Assembly (NCBI RefSeq): GCF_024521635.1
Contig: NW_026250405.1
Location: 1,550,001-1,614,000 of the forward strand
Length of the DNA stretch: 64,000 bases
Direction of reading: 5' to 3'
Source: Tricharina praecox
Lineage: Eukaryota
This document shows positions 62,721 to 64,000 of this stretch, one piece after another. Made by a program: the position numbers and the translations under genes. Numbering within the stretch: position 1 is the first letter of the stretch; every line of letters starts with the position of its first letter. The notes beneath the pieces are model-generated. The model did no database searches, had not been told where the DNA came from, and was given only the letters and a program-made list of their open reading frames with translations.

Positions 62721-62769
62721 TAGTACTGCAGTGGGTGGGTGACCATGCGGGAATCCTTGGTACCGTACG
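62721..62769 (+). pseudogene. 5S rRNA 3'-half-like fragment
   Basis: TAGTACTGCAGTGG(GTGG)GTGACCATGCGGGAATCCTTGGTACCGTACG resembles the box C/helix IV-V part of fungal 5S rRNA; no 5' half upstream. Confidence 0.6.
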
Positions 62770-63374
62770 GCGTAGTTTTAAAAGCCTTTTATCGTTCTCC
62801 TCGCTCTCGAGGTGCTGGCAGAAATCTGCTGCAGAGATCGCAGAGATGCGGTCTAGGTACTCAGTACTCTACCGATAGGTATCCCCATCGATCATGGGAA
62901 CCGGTTTCGGCCACCTCCATTAAAGTCAAGCCATTAGAGATCCACCAAGGGATGGAGAAGCTGGGAATTTTACCGGAAGAATCCTCTGCGAAACGGTTTG
63001 AGATTCGCTCAGAGTTATGCACTGGATCTCACTCGCTCAGTTCACGTGATGCTCGGTGATGCATCTTTTTTTCCGGCTCCCATCCCGCCAGATCTCAAGA
63101 GTGAGCGCAGGTATGTACCGAAACCTCCTGTAATGTTGCACCGATTGCTCGTGGATCGTGAATTCTTGAACGACGCAGTGATACACTGAAGGCTGCTCGT
63201 ACTTATGTAGGAGCTTTTAATTTCACGTTTACGCGCGGGATATCGTTTCGCACCATTTATTGCGACTCCTGGGCCTCTCATTCGGAATTTCGTATATAAT
63301 AGACTAGGTAAACAAAAGGAAAATGCTGAGAAGCGCTGAGCGGACTACACTCCCGATGACACAAAATCGTCTCT

Positions 63375-63984
63375 CTAATAGACACCACAGAGCTCCGGAT
63401 GCGCCGGGTTAGTCAAGCACAGCGTCTGCGCGCTGCTATAAGACGGCCTGAACGGCCCTTCCGCAATTGCAGTCCTGCCCTTGCCAGCACACTGCTTCGC
63501 TCCGCTGAGTGCCATGTTCCTGAATACCGTACCGGATATCACCGAGTATCCAGGGAACATGCCATGGTCGGGGTACTTGTCGGAGATGACCATGGCGCAT
63601 CCGCAGTTTTGGTACACGACACACCAGTTATTGAGGATAGTCACGCCGTCGGCGGCCATTGTTGTGCCGTGACGCACGCAGTTCTTGGCGGGGGTTTGTG
63701 TGGTAATCATGGATACTTTGGAGAGACGTTGGCCTTGAACGGTGATACTGAAAATATGTCAGCGGGCTAAAAACCAGCGGGGACAGGGATGGGTGCTTAC
63801 GAGCCGAATGACCAAAGACAGTCTCTCATATCAGCTACACCACCACCATCGGTTCGTGTCTTGCTACAGGCGATCCTTCCATCGGTCTTGCGGGGAAACT
63901 CGGCAGCTATCAAGGGAGATACGCCGGCGGGGTCGGGAATGGGATCGCCGCCGCACGTGGTTGATGCCTTGTGGTTGATATCAG
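63375..63984 (-). CDS. 3' exons of a Cys-rich protein whose 5' end lies beyond the window; intron ~63800-63748
   Basis: Exon DINHKASTTCGGDP..ACSKTRT..DCLWSFGS joins in phase (GTAAGC..GCTGAC..TTTCAG) to ITVQGQ..KNCVRH..WCVVYQNCGC..QCAGK..LCLTNPAHPELCGVY*. Confidence 0.7.
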
Positions 63985-64000
63985 CTATAGTAACATGAGT

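Overview
Eukaryotic DNA from a filamentous ascomycete (short GT-AG introns with CTRAY branch sites; gene content and style suggest Pezizomycetes, which is an inference). Positions 1-34.3 kb are gene-dense: SPF45-like splicing factor, YCII protein, Ima1, ALG14, uL24m/MRPL40, URA5, a bHLH factor, SCP-x-type thiolase, ccg-9-like trehalose synthase, a conserved hypothetical protein, tRNA-Lys, a MetR/Cys-3-like bZIP, an unannotated acidic-tailed protein, a pallidin-like coiled-coil protein and SOK1/TCP11. Positions 34.3-46.6 kb have no recognisable genes and hold three different non-autonomous TIR elements. The rest holds an MHYT-domain gene, a sterol desaturase-family gene, tRNA-Asn, KGD4/YMR31, a 138-bp foldback element, a 5S rRNA-like fragment and the 3' part of a Cys-rich gene. 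The best leads are a candidate TOPOVIB-like (Spo11 partner) gene, a candidate BLOC-1 pallidin homologue, a long metR intron carrying a Cbf1-type site, and the foldback element that supplies an in-frame ATG to an ORF with a signal-peptide-like segment. All family calls come from recognising motifs by eye; no searches were run.
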